Positions 8,737 to 17,088 of a stretch of 64,000 nucleotides of DNA are shown piece after piece. The notes beneath the pieces were generated by a model, which was not told the DNA's origin, did no database searches, and worked only from the letters and a program-made list of their open reading frames with translations. Source of the stretch: Escherichia coli (lineage in GTDB: Bacteria; Pseudomonadota; Gammaproteobacteria; Enterobacterales; Enterobacteriaceae); NCBI RefSeq assembly GCF_050320075.1, contig NZ_CP190022.1, one strand, 5' to 3'. Position 1 is the first letter of the stretch. Every line of letters begins with the position of its first letter. The translations under genes were made by a program, and so were the position numbers.

Positions 8737-10695
8737 ATGTCAGTTACAGAGTCTAAGACAAAAACGGAGCGTAAATCCAGCCGTAAACCTGCAAAAACGC
8801 AGGAAACTGCACTGTCTGCCCTGCTGGCGCAGACGGAGGAAGTGAGCGTGCCGCTGGATTCACTGATTAAATCACCGCTGAATGTGCGCACGGTGCCGTA
8901 TTCTGCGGAGTCCGTCAGTGAACTGGCTGATTCCATTAAGGGAGTCGGCCTGCTGCAGAATCTGGTTGTTCATGCCCTGCCAGGTGACCGTTACGGTGTC
9001 GCCGCAGGTGGTCGCCGACTGGCAGCACTCAACATGCTGGCAGAGCGTGACATCATTCAGGCTGACTGGCCTGTCCGCGTGAAAATTATTCCGCAGGAGC
9101 TGGCGACGGCTGCATCGATGACCGAGAACGGTCATCGTCGGGATATGCACCCTGCCGAACAGATTGCCGGATTCCGCGCAATGGCGCAGGAAGGCAAAAC
9201 ACCTGCGCAAATCGGTGATTTGCTGGGTTATTCGCCTCGCCACGTTCAGCGAATGCTGAAACTGGCAGACCTTGCGCCTGTCATTCTCGATGCGCTGGCA
9301 GAAGACCGCATCACCACCGAACACTGTCAGGCGCTGGCGCTGGAGAACGACACCGCGCGTCAGGTGCAGGTGTTTGAAGCCGCCTGCCAGTCAGGATGGG
9401 GCGGTAAACCGGATGTGCGGGTTATCCGCAACCTGATTACCGAAAGTGAAGTGGCGGTGGCGGGGAACAGTAAATTCCGCTTCGTGGGGGCTGATGCCTT
9501 CTCGCCAGACGAACTGCGCACCGATTTGTTCAGCGATGACGGGGACGGTTATGTCGACCGCGTGGCGCTCGATGCCGCCCTGCTGGAAAAACTCCAGGCT
9601 GTCGCTGAACACCTTCGGGAAGCCGAAGGCTGGGAATGGTGCACCGGACGTATGGAGCCTGTCGGTGAGTGCCGTGAGGATGCCGGAACATACCGCAGCC
9701 TGCCGGAGCCGGAAGCGGTGCTGACGGAGGCGGAAGAAGAACGCCTGAACGAACTGATGGCACGTTACGACGCGCCGGAAAATCAGTGTGAGGAATCCGA
9801 CCTGCTGGAAGCAGAAATGAAGCTGATGCGCTGCATGGCGAAGGTCAGGGCGTGGACGCCGGAGATGCGTGCCGGAAGTGGCGTGGTGGTGTCCTGGCGT
9901 TATGGAAACGTATGTGTCCAGCGTGGTGTGCAGTTGCGCAGTGAGGATGACGTGGCTGACGACGCTGACCGCACGGAACAGGTGCAGGAGAAAGCGTCAG
10001 TGGAGGAAATCAGTCTGCCACTGCTGACGAAAATGTCTTCCGAACGCACGCTGGCAGTCCAGGCGGCACTGATGCAGCAACCGGACAAATCCCTGACACT
10101 GCTGGCATGGACGCTCTGCCTGAATGTGTTTGGCAGCGGAGCGTACAGTAAACCAGCACAAATCAGCCTGGAATGTAAACATTATTCGCTGACCAGCGAT
10201 GCGCCGTCAGGGAAGGAAGGTGCCGCATTCATGGCGCTGATTGCAGAAAAAGCCCGTCTTGCGGCCCTGTTACCGGAGGGATGGTCACGGGACATGACGA
10301 CATTCCTTTCACTCAGTCAGGAGGTGCTGTTATCCCTGCTCAGTTTCTGCACCGCGTGCAGCATCCACGGCGTTCAGACCCGCGAGTGTGGTCACACGTC
10401 ACGCAGCCCGCTGGACACGCTGGAGAGCGCCATCGGTTTTCACATGCGCGACTGGTGGCAGCCGACAAAAGCAAACTTCTTCGGACACCTGAAAAAGCCG
10501 CAGATTATCGCAGCCCTGAATGAGGCAGGATTGTCCGGTGCCGCACGGGACGCGGAGAAGATGAAGAAAGGCGATGCGGCTGAACATGCAGAGTTCCATA
10601 TGAAAGACAACCGCTGGGTGCCTGGCTGGATGTGTGCACCACGTCCACAGACGGATACCACTGAACGCACTGATAACCTGGCTGATGCCGCCTGA
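8737..10695 (+). CDS. ParB-like nuclease-domain protein of the leading region (652 aa)
   Basis: N-terminal ParB/Srx-type domain (VPLDSLIKSPLNVRTV...LLQNLVVHALPGDRYGVAAGGRRLAAL) with a helix-turn-helix segment; AAAGGAGA RBS; conserved position between ssb and psiB. Confidence 0.8.
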   Translation: MSVTESKTKTERKSSRKPAKTQETALSALLAQTEEVSVPLDSLIKSPLNVRTVPYSAESVSELADSIKGVGLLQNLVVHALPGDRYGVAAGGRRLAALNMLAERDIIQADWPVRVKIIPQELATAASMTENGHRRDMHPAEQIAGFRAMAQEGKTPAQIGDLLGYSPRHVQRMLKLADLAPVILDALAEDRITTEHCQALALENDTARQVQVFEAACQSGWGGKPDVRVIRNLITESEVAVAGNSKFRFVGADAFSPDELRTDLFSDDGDGYVDRVALDAALLEKLQAVAEHLREAEGWEWCTGRMEPVGECREDAGTYRSLPEPEAVLTEAEEERLNELMARYDAPENQCEESDLLEAEMKLMRCMAKVRAWTPEMRAGSGVVVSWRYGNVCVQRGVQLRSEDDVADDADRTEQVQEKASVEEISLPLLTKMSSERTLAVQAALMQQPDKSLTLLAWTLCLNVFGSGAYSKPAQISLECKHYSLTSDAPSGKEGAAFMALIAEKARLAALLPEGWSRDMTTFLSLSQEVLLSLLSFCTACSIHGVQTRECGHTSRSPLDTLESAIGFHMRDWWQPTKANFFGHLKKPQIIAALNEAGLSGAARDAEKMKKGDAAEHAEFHMKDNRWVPGWMCAPRPQTDTTERTDNLADAA

Positions 10696-10749
10696 TGAAC
10701 AACCACACCGCCCCGCCGGAGACGGGGCGGCAGCAAGGGAGATACCGTG

Positions 10750-11184
10750 ATGAAAACTGAACTGACCCTGAATGTCCTGCAGACCATGAACGCACAGGAA
10801 TATGAAGATATCCGTGCTGCGGGAAGCGATATGCGCCGTAATCTCACTCACGAGGTGATGCGTAAAGTGGACGCACCGGCTAACTGGATGATGAATGGCG
10901 AGTATGGCAGTGAGTTCGGGGGCTTTTTCCCCGTCCAGGTTCGTTTCACGCCAGCCCACGAACGTTTCCACCTGGCATTATGTTCGCCGGGAGACGTCTC
11001 TCAGCTCTGGATGCTGGTTCTGGTGAATGCCGGTGGTGAGCCGTTTGCGGTGGTTCAGGTACAGCGGCGGTTTGCACCGGAAGCCGTCAGCCATTCACTG
11101 GCACTGGCGGCGTCACTGGATACGCAGGGGTACAGCGTTAACGACATCATCCATATCCTGATGGCGGAAGGAGGTCAGGCATGA
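10750..11184 (+). CDS. psiB: Plasmid SOS-inhibition protein PsiB
   Basis: Translation [25 protein letters not shown]...[14 protein letters not shown] is PsiB as I remember it; AAGGGAGA RBS; track ORF starts at the adjacent GTG 10747. Confidence 0.9.
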   Translation: MKTELTLNVLQTMNAQEYEDIRAAGSDMRRNLTHEVMRKVDAPANWMMNGEYGSEFGGFFPVQVRFTPAHERFHLALCSPGDVSQLWMLVLVNAGGEPFAVVQVQRRFAPEAVSHSLALAASLDTQGYSVNDIIHILMAEGGQA

Positions 11185-11900
11185 GCGCACGTTCACGGGC
11201 ACTGATCCCCCTCAGCGCAGAGCAACAGGCCGCCATGCAGGCTGTGGCTGTCACCGAACAACGTCGTCGTCAGGGACGCACACTTTCAGCATGGCCTTAT
11301 GCCAGCGCTTTCTTTCGCTGCCTGAATGGCAGTCGCCGGATTTCGCTGACCGATCTCCGCTTTTTTGCCCCTGCGCTGACGAAGGAGGAATTTCATGGCA
11401 ACCGTCTCCTGTGGCTGGCTGCCGTGGATAAACTGATTGAAAGTTTTGGTGAAGTCTGTGTTCTTCCCCTGCCATCCGATGCGGGGCATCGTCTGTTCCC
11501 GTCCGTTCCTTTTCGTGAAGGTGAGCGTCGTCGTCAGAAAACCACGCTGACAGAGCAGAAATACAGCCGCCAGCGGGAACGTGAGGCAGAACGACGGGAA
11601 CTGGAATACCAGACATGTTTTGCTCAGGCGCAGATTGACCTTGCGTTTCATACTCCCGCCACGGTCGGAAGCTGGTTGTCCCGCTGGTCTGGTGTTGTTG
11701 AGGAGCATGATCTGGAAACGATTTTCTGGGGGTGGTGCGGGCGTTTTCCGTCACTGTCATCATTTGACCGGTTTTTCTGGCAGGAGGAACCACTCTGGCG
11801 GCTGATTTTTGAAGCCGGTGAGGCCGGTCGTGGTGCACCGGTACAGGTACGTGCACTTGAGCAGTGGATGATCCCGAACAAGCTGGAGAACGTAATATGA
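11181..11900 (+). CDS. psiA: Plasmid SOS-inhibition protein PsiA
   Basis: 239-aa product immediately downstream of and overlapping psiB stop (ATGA); sequence and position typical of PsiA. Confidence 0.85.
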   Translation: MSARSRALIPLSAEQQAAMQAVAVTEQRRRQGRTLSAWPYASAFFRCLNGSRRISLTDLRFFAPALTKEEFHGNRLLWLAAVDKLIESFGEVCVLPLPSDAGHRLFPSVPFREGERRRQKTTLTEQKYSRQREREAERRELEYQTCFAQAQIDLAFHTPATVGSWLSRWSGVVEEHDLETIFWGWCGRFPSLSSFDRFFWQEEPLWRLIFEAGEAGRGAPVQVRALEQWMIPNKLENVI

Positions 11901-12493
11901 TGAAATCAGACGAAAAATATCAGGTTCCCGTGTGGATGCGACCTCTGTTGCCGTTGCTCTGCAACACCGGGGGGAACGATCCGGAAGAACTGCTGAATGA
12001 TACAGCAACCACTGTCAGTGCGAATGTTGTCCGTTATGTTCTGATAGTTGCTGTGCGGTCGCAGGTTGATCTGCTGCAGATTCTGTACAGGAAAGGGCTG
12101 TTGCGCACAGAGATACCAGGTGGCTTTTCACCGGAAGAAGCGCAGGCACTCCTGGATAATCTGGTGCGCAGCCATATCAGCAGGGCGCTGTCGGGTGAGC
12201 GAATGGCAGCCCGTGACAGAAATGCCGATCTGGCCTGGATTCGACAGCAACTGGTCGATGCCGCCTGGTTTGTCCGTGCCACACTGGAGGCGCATGGGAT
12301 GGGCGTCGGAAATGAGAGTCCCCCTGCTCAGCCGGAGACAATGCCGGACATACAGACACGGGAACTGGTGATGTTGATCAAGCGACTGGCATCATCGCTG
12401 AAAGCGGTGAAACCGGACAGTTGTGTGGTGCGTGAAGCGCAGGACTGGCTGCGCGACAGAAAACTTGTGGGCATCACGGATGTTCTTCGGTGA
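11897..12493 (+). CDS. Hypothetical leading-region protein (198 aa), translationally coupled to psiA
   Basis: ATG 11897 overlaps the psiA stop (ATGA) with GGAGAA RBS inside psiA; no family recognised. Confidence 0.55.
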   Translation: MMKSDEKYQVPVWMRPLLPLLCNTGGNDPEELLNDTATTVSANVVRYVLIVAVRSQVDLLQILYRKGLLRTEIPGGFSPEEAQALLDNLVRSHISRALSGERMAARDRNADLAWIRQQLVDAAWFVRATLEAHGMGVGNESPPAQPETMPDIQTRELVMLIKRLASSLKAVKPDSCVVREAQDWLRDRKLVGITDVLR

Positions 12494-12957
12494 ACCAGTG
12501 GAGGTATGCTTGAGGGGCAGGGACATGCCGGTCATGATCGTTTCGTTCCAGGGGTGGTCTGGAGATCATGCGGCGTGTCCTCTGCTCTCGCCGGAATAAG
12601 GACGTCGCCGGCGGCTCCGCTTTTACCCGGCCATGCGGGGCATGGCCTTGTGGGTTTTCAGGTATGAAGCCATCGTGTCGTGTGCGGGCTGTGCCGTGCC
12701 TCCATCGTAGCCGGGCTTCTGTGGGCGGGATGCAAGGTAAGATGAACCGCTGCGGTCACCCGGTCCCTCCTTCCCGTCTGCCGTGATTTTCCGGTCGTTC
12801 ACCCGCTCAGATTTCGCGGTCTCACCCTCCAACTCCCGTCAGCCGTGCGCGTCGGGCTGCGGCTTTCCTTGCGCCCTTGCATCCCTGCAGGCCCGGCAAA
12901 GATGGAGGCACGGCACCGCCCGGTGTCGCAGAACATGTGACTATGGAGGATTCGGGA

Positions 12958-13458
12958 ATGTCTGTTGTTGCACCTGCTGTATACGTTGGAACCTGGCACA
13001 AATATAACTGCGGAAGCATCGCCGGCCGCTGGTTTGACCTGACCACGTTTGATGATGAACGCGATTTTTTCGCCGCCTGCCGTGCCCTTCACCAGGATGA
13101 AACCGATCCGGAACTGATGTTTCAGGATTATGAGGGATTCCCGGGGAATATGGCCTCTGAATGTCATATCAACTGGGCCTGGGTTGAAGGCTTCCGCCGG
13201 GCACGGGATGAAGGCTGCGAAGAGGCTTATCGTCTCTGGGTGGATGATACCGGTGAGACGGATTTTGACAGCTTCCGCGATGCCTGGTGGGGCGAGGCTG
13301 ACAGTGAGGAGGCTTTTGCGGTTGAGTTCGTCAGTGATACCGGCCTGCTGGCTGACGTGCCGGAGACGGTGGCGCTCTATTTTGACTATGAGGCGTATGC
13401 GCGGGATTTATTCCTGGACTCCTTCACCTTTATTGACGGTCATGTGTTCCGTCGGTGA
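12958..13458 (+). CDS. ardA: Antirestriction protein ArdA (DNA mimic inhibiting type I restriction-modification)
   Basis: Translation MSVVAPAVYVGTWHKYNCGSIAGRWFDLTTFDDERDFFAACRALHQDE...DSFTFIDGHVFRR matches ArdA; very acidic; GGAGG RBS; track ORF extends upstream to 12877. Confidence 0.9.
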   Translation: MSVVAPAVYVGTWHKYNCGSIAGRWFDLTTFDDERDFFAACRALHQDETDPELMFQDYEGFPGNMASECHINWAWVEGFRRARDEGCEEAYRLWVDDTGETDFDSFRDAWWGEADSEEAFAVEFVSDTGLLADVPETVALYFDYEAYARDLFLDSFTFIDGHVFRR

Positions 13459-13640
13459 TTTACTCCCCCGCTCCGGCGGGGGTATGGCCTGCCGGGCCGC
13501 CGGAAAACCCTGGCAGGCTTACGCCTGCCTGAAATACAGGAGGGCCGCGCCTGCGGCGCTGCCCTTCCTGCCCGTCATGGTGTGAGGCATTTTTCTGTTT
13601 TGTCGTTTCTGTTGTTCTGATGCCCGGAGGCGGGGACACC

Positions 13641-14140
13641 CTTCGGCTCCCGGCTGCCTGGCGGCATCCGGTCGTCGGCCCGACTCCGACAGGCAGCTGC
13701 TGGCGCACCCGCCAGTCTCCGCCGAACCCGCTGGCGCGGTTTCGGGCTGCCGCTACGGTCCGATGTCTGAAAAACCAGGCCTGCAGCGACCGTTCCGGTC
13801 GCGCCGCCCCTGTCGCGCCGGAAACGGCGCTCCCTGCACACCTGACGGTGTGTAAGGCCACTGCGCCTGATGGCGCAGTTGTCTGCCCTTCCGCCGCCAC
13901 CCCTGCGGCCTGTTTCCCGCTGTGGACTTTCCGGGGGCTGAAGCGGCCACAACACGTCTCAGCCGTCCAGGGGAAGATGTACCAGCCACAAAACTTTTTG
14001 CCGCAGGCGTCAAAAACTTTTGCGTCTGCCCCCGGACAACTGCCCCGTGCCGTGGCAGTCGCTGCCCCATCGGAAAGGTCCACTGCGGGGAGAAACCCCG
14101 AAGAAGTGGACGGCAGAAGGGGCTTTCGCCCCTCCGGGGA
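13641..14140 (+). repeat. Frpo/ssi-like single-strand promoter repeat, copy 2 (upstream of the 14188 ORF)
   Basis: Near-identical to copy 1 over about 500 bp; ends about 50 bp before ATG 14188. Confidence 0.7.
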
Positions 14141-14187
14141 ATAACCGGTCGGCCCGGCGACCTGATTCAGCAGAAGGAGACGTTTTC

Positions 14188-14622
14188 ATGACAGTCAGCA
14201 GCACGATTTCCGTTTTTTGCCGAGACGGGGTGTTCCGTACCGTTTACTGCCACCTGCACGGTGAGCCGACCTGGAACGGTCGCATCCTGCATACCCACTA
14301 TGCCACCGGTCAGCTGGCCGAAGCCCTGGTTGAACACGGAGATATCCGTTGCCTCGGTCCCCGTTGCGACAAACCCGCCGGGCATACGCTTCAGAACCCG
14401 GTGGACGGTGTGACGGCTTATTACGGACGTGACAGTGGTTTCCGGATGGACAGTGAAGCGCGTGAGTACCGCTCTTTCAGGGAGGCTATTGCCACTGAAA
14501 GCACAGAAGAGGTGCGCTTCCATTATGTGTTCATCGACGGCTACTGGAAGGTGATGTACCGCACGCCGGAAGGCTGGAAGATGAAAGCGCTCGCGCTGGC
14601 ACTGCGTCGCTGTCCGGAATGA
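14188..14622 (+). CDS. Hypothetical leading-region protein (144 aa), first gene after repeat copy 2
   Basis: GAAGGAGA RBS 7 nt upstream of ATG 14188; Cys/His-rich (CHLHGEP...CLGPRCDKPAGH); no family recognised. Confidence 0.6.
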   Translation: MTVSSTISVFCRDGVFRTVYCHLHGEPTWNGRILHTHYATGQLAEALVEHGDIRCLGPRCDKPAGHTLQNPVDGVTAYYGRDSGFRMDSEAREYRSFREAIATESTEEVRFHYVFIDGYWKVMYRTPEGWKMKALALALRRCPE

Positions 14623-14625
14623 AAA

Positions 14626-14653
14626 AAAGCAGGGCGATAAACCCTGCCTTTCT
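14626..14653 (+). terminator. Hairpin terminator between the 14188 and 14715 ORFs
   Basis: GCAGGGC-GATAAA-CCCTGC stem-loop followed by CTTTCT. Confidence 0.4.
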
Positions 14654-14714
14654 CCGCCGGCGCTTCCCCGTACGGAAGTCCGGCATCTCATTCACTAACT
14701 ATGGAGATTATGCT

Positions 14715-14981
14715 ATGAGGCCATCAATTATCTTCGCAACCGCCGAGTATGTAAAGCGTCTGCGTGAAGAGTGCCGGCGGGAGAACAAACCCCTGCACCG
14801 CCATACCCGCTTCAGACGCCAGGAACTGGCACCGGATGAGATTAACCCGGACGTCCTGGCGATGGGCGGTCATATCGCCAGACGCTGCAGTGAGCGGAAG
14901 CGGGTGCGTATCCCCGCCATGAAAGTCAGCGAATGGGGCCACCTGCTCCGCGCGCTTGAAATTGAGCGGGTCTGCCACTGA
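14715..14981 (+). CDS. Hypothetical small basic protein (88 aa)
   Basis: ATG 14715 with GGAG 8 nt upstream (track ORF 14619-14981 includes an unlikely upstream extension); Arg/Lys-rich. Confidence 0.45.
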   Translation: MRPSIIFATAEYVKRLREECRRENKPLHRHTRFRRQELAPDEINPDVLAMGGHIARRCSERKRVRIPAMKVSEWGHLLRALEIERVCH

Positions 14982-15045
14982 TTAACCCTTGCCGTCTGCC
15001 TGTGCAGGCGGCAGGATACGTTCAGACATCTCACCAGGAGGAACC

Positions 15046-15984
15046 GTGAGTAAGAAGAAAACCACCACGACGCCCACGCCGCATGATGCCGCGTTCCGGT
15101 CGTTCCTGGCGAACCCCGACGTCGCCAGAGATTTTCTGGAACTGCATCTTCCGGCGGAGTACCGGCAGTTGTGCGACCTGTCCACGCTGAAGCTGGAACC
15201 CGCCACCTTTGTTGAGCCGGACCTGCATCAGTACGCCAGCGATATCCTCTGGAGTGTGAAAACCACCGGGGGTGAAGACGGCTATATTTATACGCTCATC
15301 GAGCACCAGAGCACCGAAAATCTGTACATGCCTTTCCGCATGTTACGTTACAGTGTGGCGGCGATGCAGAGACATCTGGAGCAGCACAAAACATTGCCAC
15401 TGGTGATTCCGGTGCTGTTCTATCATGGTGAGCGCAGCCCGTACCCGTACAGCATGAACTGGCTGGACTGTTTTGAGGATCCGGCGCTTGCGGCTAAAAT
15501 ATACACAAAGCCGTTTCCGCTGGTTGATATCACTGTCGTTGATGACAATGAAATCATGAACCATCGCCGGATGGCCGCACTGACGCTGCTGATGAAGCAT
15601 ATCCGCCATCGTGACATGATGGAGCTGCTGGACAAACTCCCGCAGGTCATGGTGGAAATTTCAGACGAGCAGGTGCGTGTTCTGATTCATTACATCGTTA
15701 ACGCAGGGGACTCTGTATCACCGGAATTTATGCGGGCGCTGGCTGAGCGTCTGCCGCAGCATGAGGATAAACTGATGACTATTGCCGAACGTCTTGAGCA
15801 GCAAGGAATACAGAAAGGAATACAGCAGGGAATACAGCAGGGAATACAGCAGGGAATACAGAAAGGCCGCATGGAGGAGAAGCAGGATATTGCGCGTCAG
15901 CTTCAGAAAACGGGAATGCCATCTGCACAAATCTGTCAGATCACCGGACTTTCCGAAGCTGAACTGAAGAACATCACTCACTGA
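15046..15984 (+). CDS. Rpn-family (YhgA-like, PD-(D/E)xK) recombination-promoting nuclease with C-terminal QGIQ-repeat tail
   Basis: N-terminal TPTPHDAAFRSFLANPDVARDFLELHLP...YIYTLIEHQS is the Rpn/YhgA signature; AGGAGG RBS 6 nt upstream of GTG 15046 (track ORF starts at 14989). Confidence 0.8.
   Translation: MSKKKTTTTPTPHDAAFRSFLANPDVARDFLELHLPAEYRQLCDLSTLKLEPATFVEPDLHQYASDILWSVKTTGGEDGYIYTLIEHQSTENLYMPFRMLRYSVAAMQRHLEQHKTLPLVIPVLFYHGERSPYPYSMNWLDCFEDPALAAKIYTKPFPLVDITVVDDNEIMNHRRMAALTLLMKHIRHRDMMELLDKLPQVMVEISDEQVRVLIHYIVNAGDSVSPEFMRALAERLPQHEDKLMTIAERLEQQGIQKGIQQGIQQGIQQGIQKGRMEEKQDIARQLQKTGMPSAQICQITGLSEAELKNITH
15805..15864 (+). repeat. Five tandem 12-bp units (GGAATACAG + AAA/CAG) inside rpn encoding (QGIQ)n
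   Basis: Perfect tandem 12-mers 15805-15816, 15817-15828, 15829-15840, 15841-15852, 15853-15864. Confidence 0.9.
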
Positions 15985-15993
15985 TGAGAACCA

Positions 15994-16023
15994 CAAAGCC
16001 CGGCAAAATGCCGGGTTTTTTTG
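15994..16023 (+). terminator. Rho-independent terminator after rpn
   Basis: AAAGCCCGGCA-AAA-TGCCGGGTTTTTTTT hairpin plus T-run right after the rpn stop (15982-15984). Confidence 0.65.
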
Positions 16024-16046
16024 TCAGCAGGAGCAGAGCAAACAGC

Positions 16047-16229
16047 ATGACGATTGCAGAACGTCTTATACAGAAAGGTTTCGACGAAGGTTTTAAGAAA
16101 GGTGCGCTTGAAGTGGCGCGGGAAATAGCCTGCCGGCTTCGGGATATAGGCTGGTCGCCGGAACGGATTCAGGAGGTCACGGGACTTTCCGGTGAAGAAC
16201 TGAAAAAACTGTTTCCTGATGAGCTGTAG
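16047..16229 (+). CDS. Small stand-alone protein (60 aa) paralogous to the Rpn C-terminal tail
   Basis: Own AGGAG RBS after the rpn terminator; MTIAERLIQKGFDEGFKKG...EVTGLSGEELKKL parallels the tail of the upstream Rpn (MTIAERLEQQGIQKG...QITGLSEAELKNI). Confidence 0.55.
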   Translation: MTIAERLIQKGFDEGFKKGALEVAREIACRLRDIGWSPERIQEVTGLSGEELKKLFPDEL

Positions 16230-16259
16230 CCTGGCATTCTGCCAGGCTGTGAATCACGC

Positions 16260-16511
16260 TCACACATCCTCTGCCGTTTCCCCCAGTTCATTTTCCAGTC
16301 GCCTGATGATATCTGCCTTACGCATCCCCTGCATGTGAGGCAGCAGGTCACGGACTGAAAGAGCCTGGGTGGTCCTCCAGACGGTGACGTCCACCTGTTC
16401 CGCATTTTCCCAGGCGTGCCATGTTCTCTGCGTCACGCCAAATTCTCTGGCCGCTTTTTCGCGTGACCAGAGCATGCTTTTTCGCCAGATTCGCAGTTCC
16501 CAGCCGGTCAT
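16260..16511 (-). CDS. Small helix-turn-helix transcriptional regulator (83 aa)
   Basis: Product contains an HTH-like segment (AAREFGVTQRTWHAWEN); sits directly next to two palindromic operator-like sites. Confidence 0.55.
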   Translation of the reverse strand: MTGWELRIWRKSMLWSREKAAREFGVTQRTWHAWENAEQVDVTVWRTTQALSVRDLLPHMQGMRKADIIRRLENELGETAEDV

Positions 16512-16527
16512 AAAACACCTTTGAAAA

Positions 16528-16611
16528 AGTGAAAAAACTTCACTTTATTTTATCATCATAATCATCAAATCAGCGCGATAAATAAGTGTGAAAAAGTGAA
16601 GAAATTTCACT
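16528..16611. promoter_or_regulatory. Two operator-like palindromes (AGTGAA-N5-TTCACT) in an AT-rich promoter region
   Basis: AGTGAAAAAACTTCACT at 16528-16544 and AGTGAAGAAATTTCACT at 16595-16611, each embedded in AAAAGTGAA...TTCACTTTT; immediately upstream of the minus-strand HTH gene start (16511). Confidence 0.45.
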
Positions 16612-16716
16612 TTTTTTTGATTGTGGGTGTCGTGCTGTTTTCTCTGTTTTCACCTGTGCGGGAGTGGTGTGCCAGTGACCACCACATGCCATTGTTGTGC
16701 CGTCGTTTTTCTTCAG

Positions 16717-17045
16717 TCGCGCCGGATGCGGCGCTCCCTGCACACCTGACGGTGTGTAAGGCCACTGCGCCTGATGGCGCAGCTGTCTCTGCCTGTCTGC
16801 CGCCGCACTGCGGCCCGTTTTCCGCAGACGGACTTTCCGGGGGTACATACACGACCACATCCCGTTTCAGTCGTCCAGGGGAGAGATGTACCAGCCACAA
16901 AACTTTTTGCCGCAGGCGTCAAAAACTTTTGCGTCTGCCCCCGGACAACTGCCCCGTGACGTGGTGAGCGTCCCCCGTCGGAAAGGTCCACTGCGGGGAA
17001 ATCCCCGAAGACCCGGACGGCAGAAGGAGCTTCGCTCCTCCGGGA
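16717..17045 (+). repeat. Frpo/ssi-like single-strand promoter repeat, copy 3 (5'-truncated; upstream of the 17089 ORF)
   Basis: Matches the 3' 330 bp of copies 1 and 2; ends about 45 bp before the 17089 start. Confidence 0.7.
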
Positions 17046-17088
17046 AATGACCTGGCTGACCCGGCAGTCGTGACGATGAGGAGACAAT

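Noticed and set aside
10399-10971. 190-aa and 135-aa minus-strand ORFs overlapping the ParB-like gene and psiB
   Set aside because: Antisense to two genes with good RBS and recognisable products; no start context.
12500-12957. Expected hok/flm-type killer locus next to psiA
   Set aside because: No hok-like peptide ORF could be read in any frame here; the hok-family module of this plasmid is at 31757-31909 instead.
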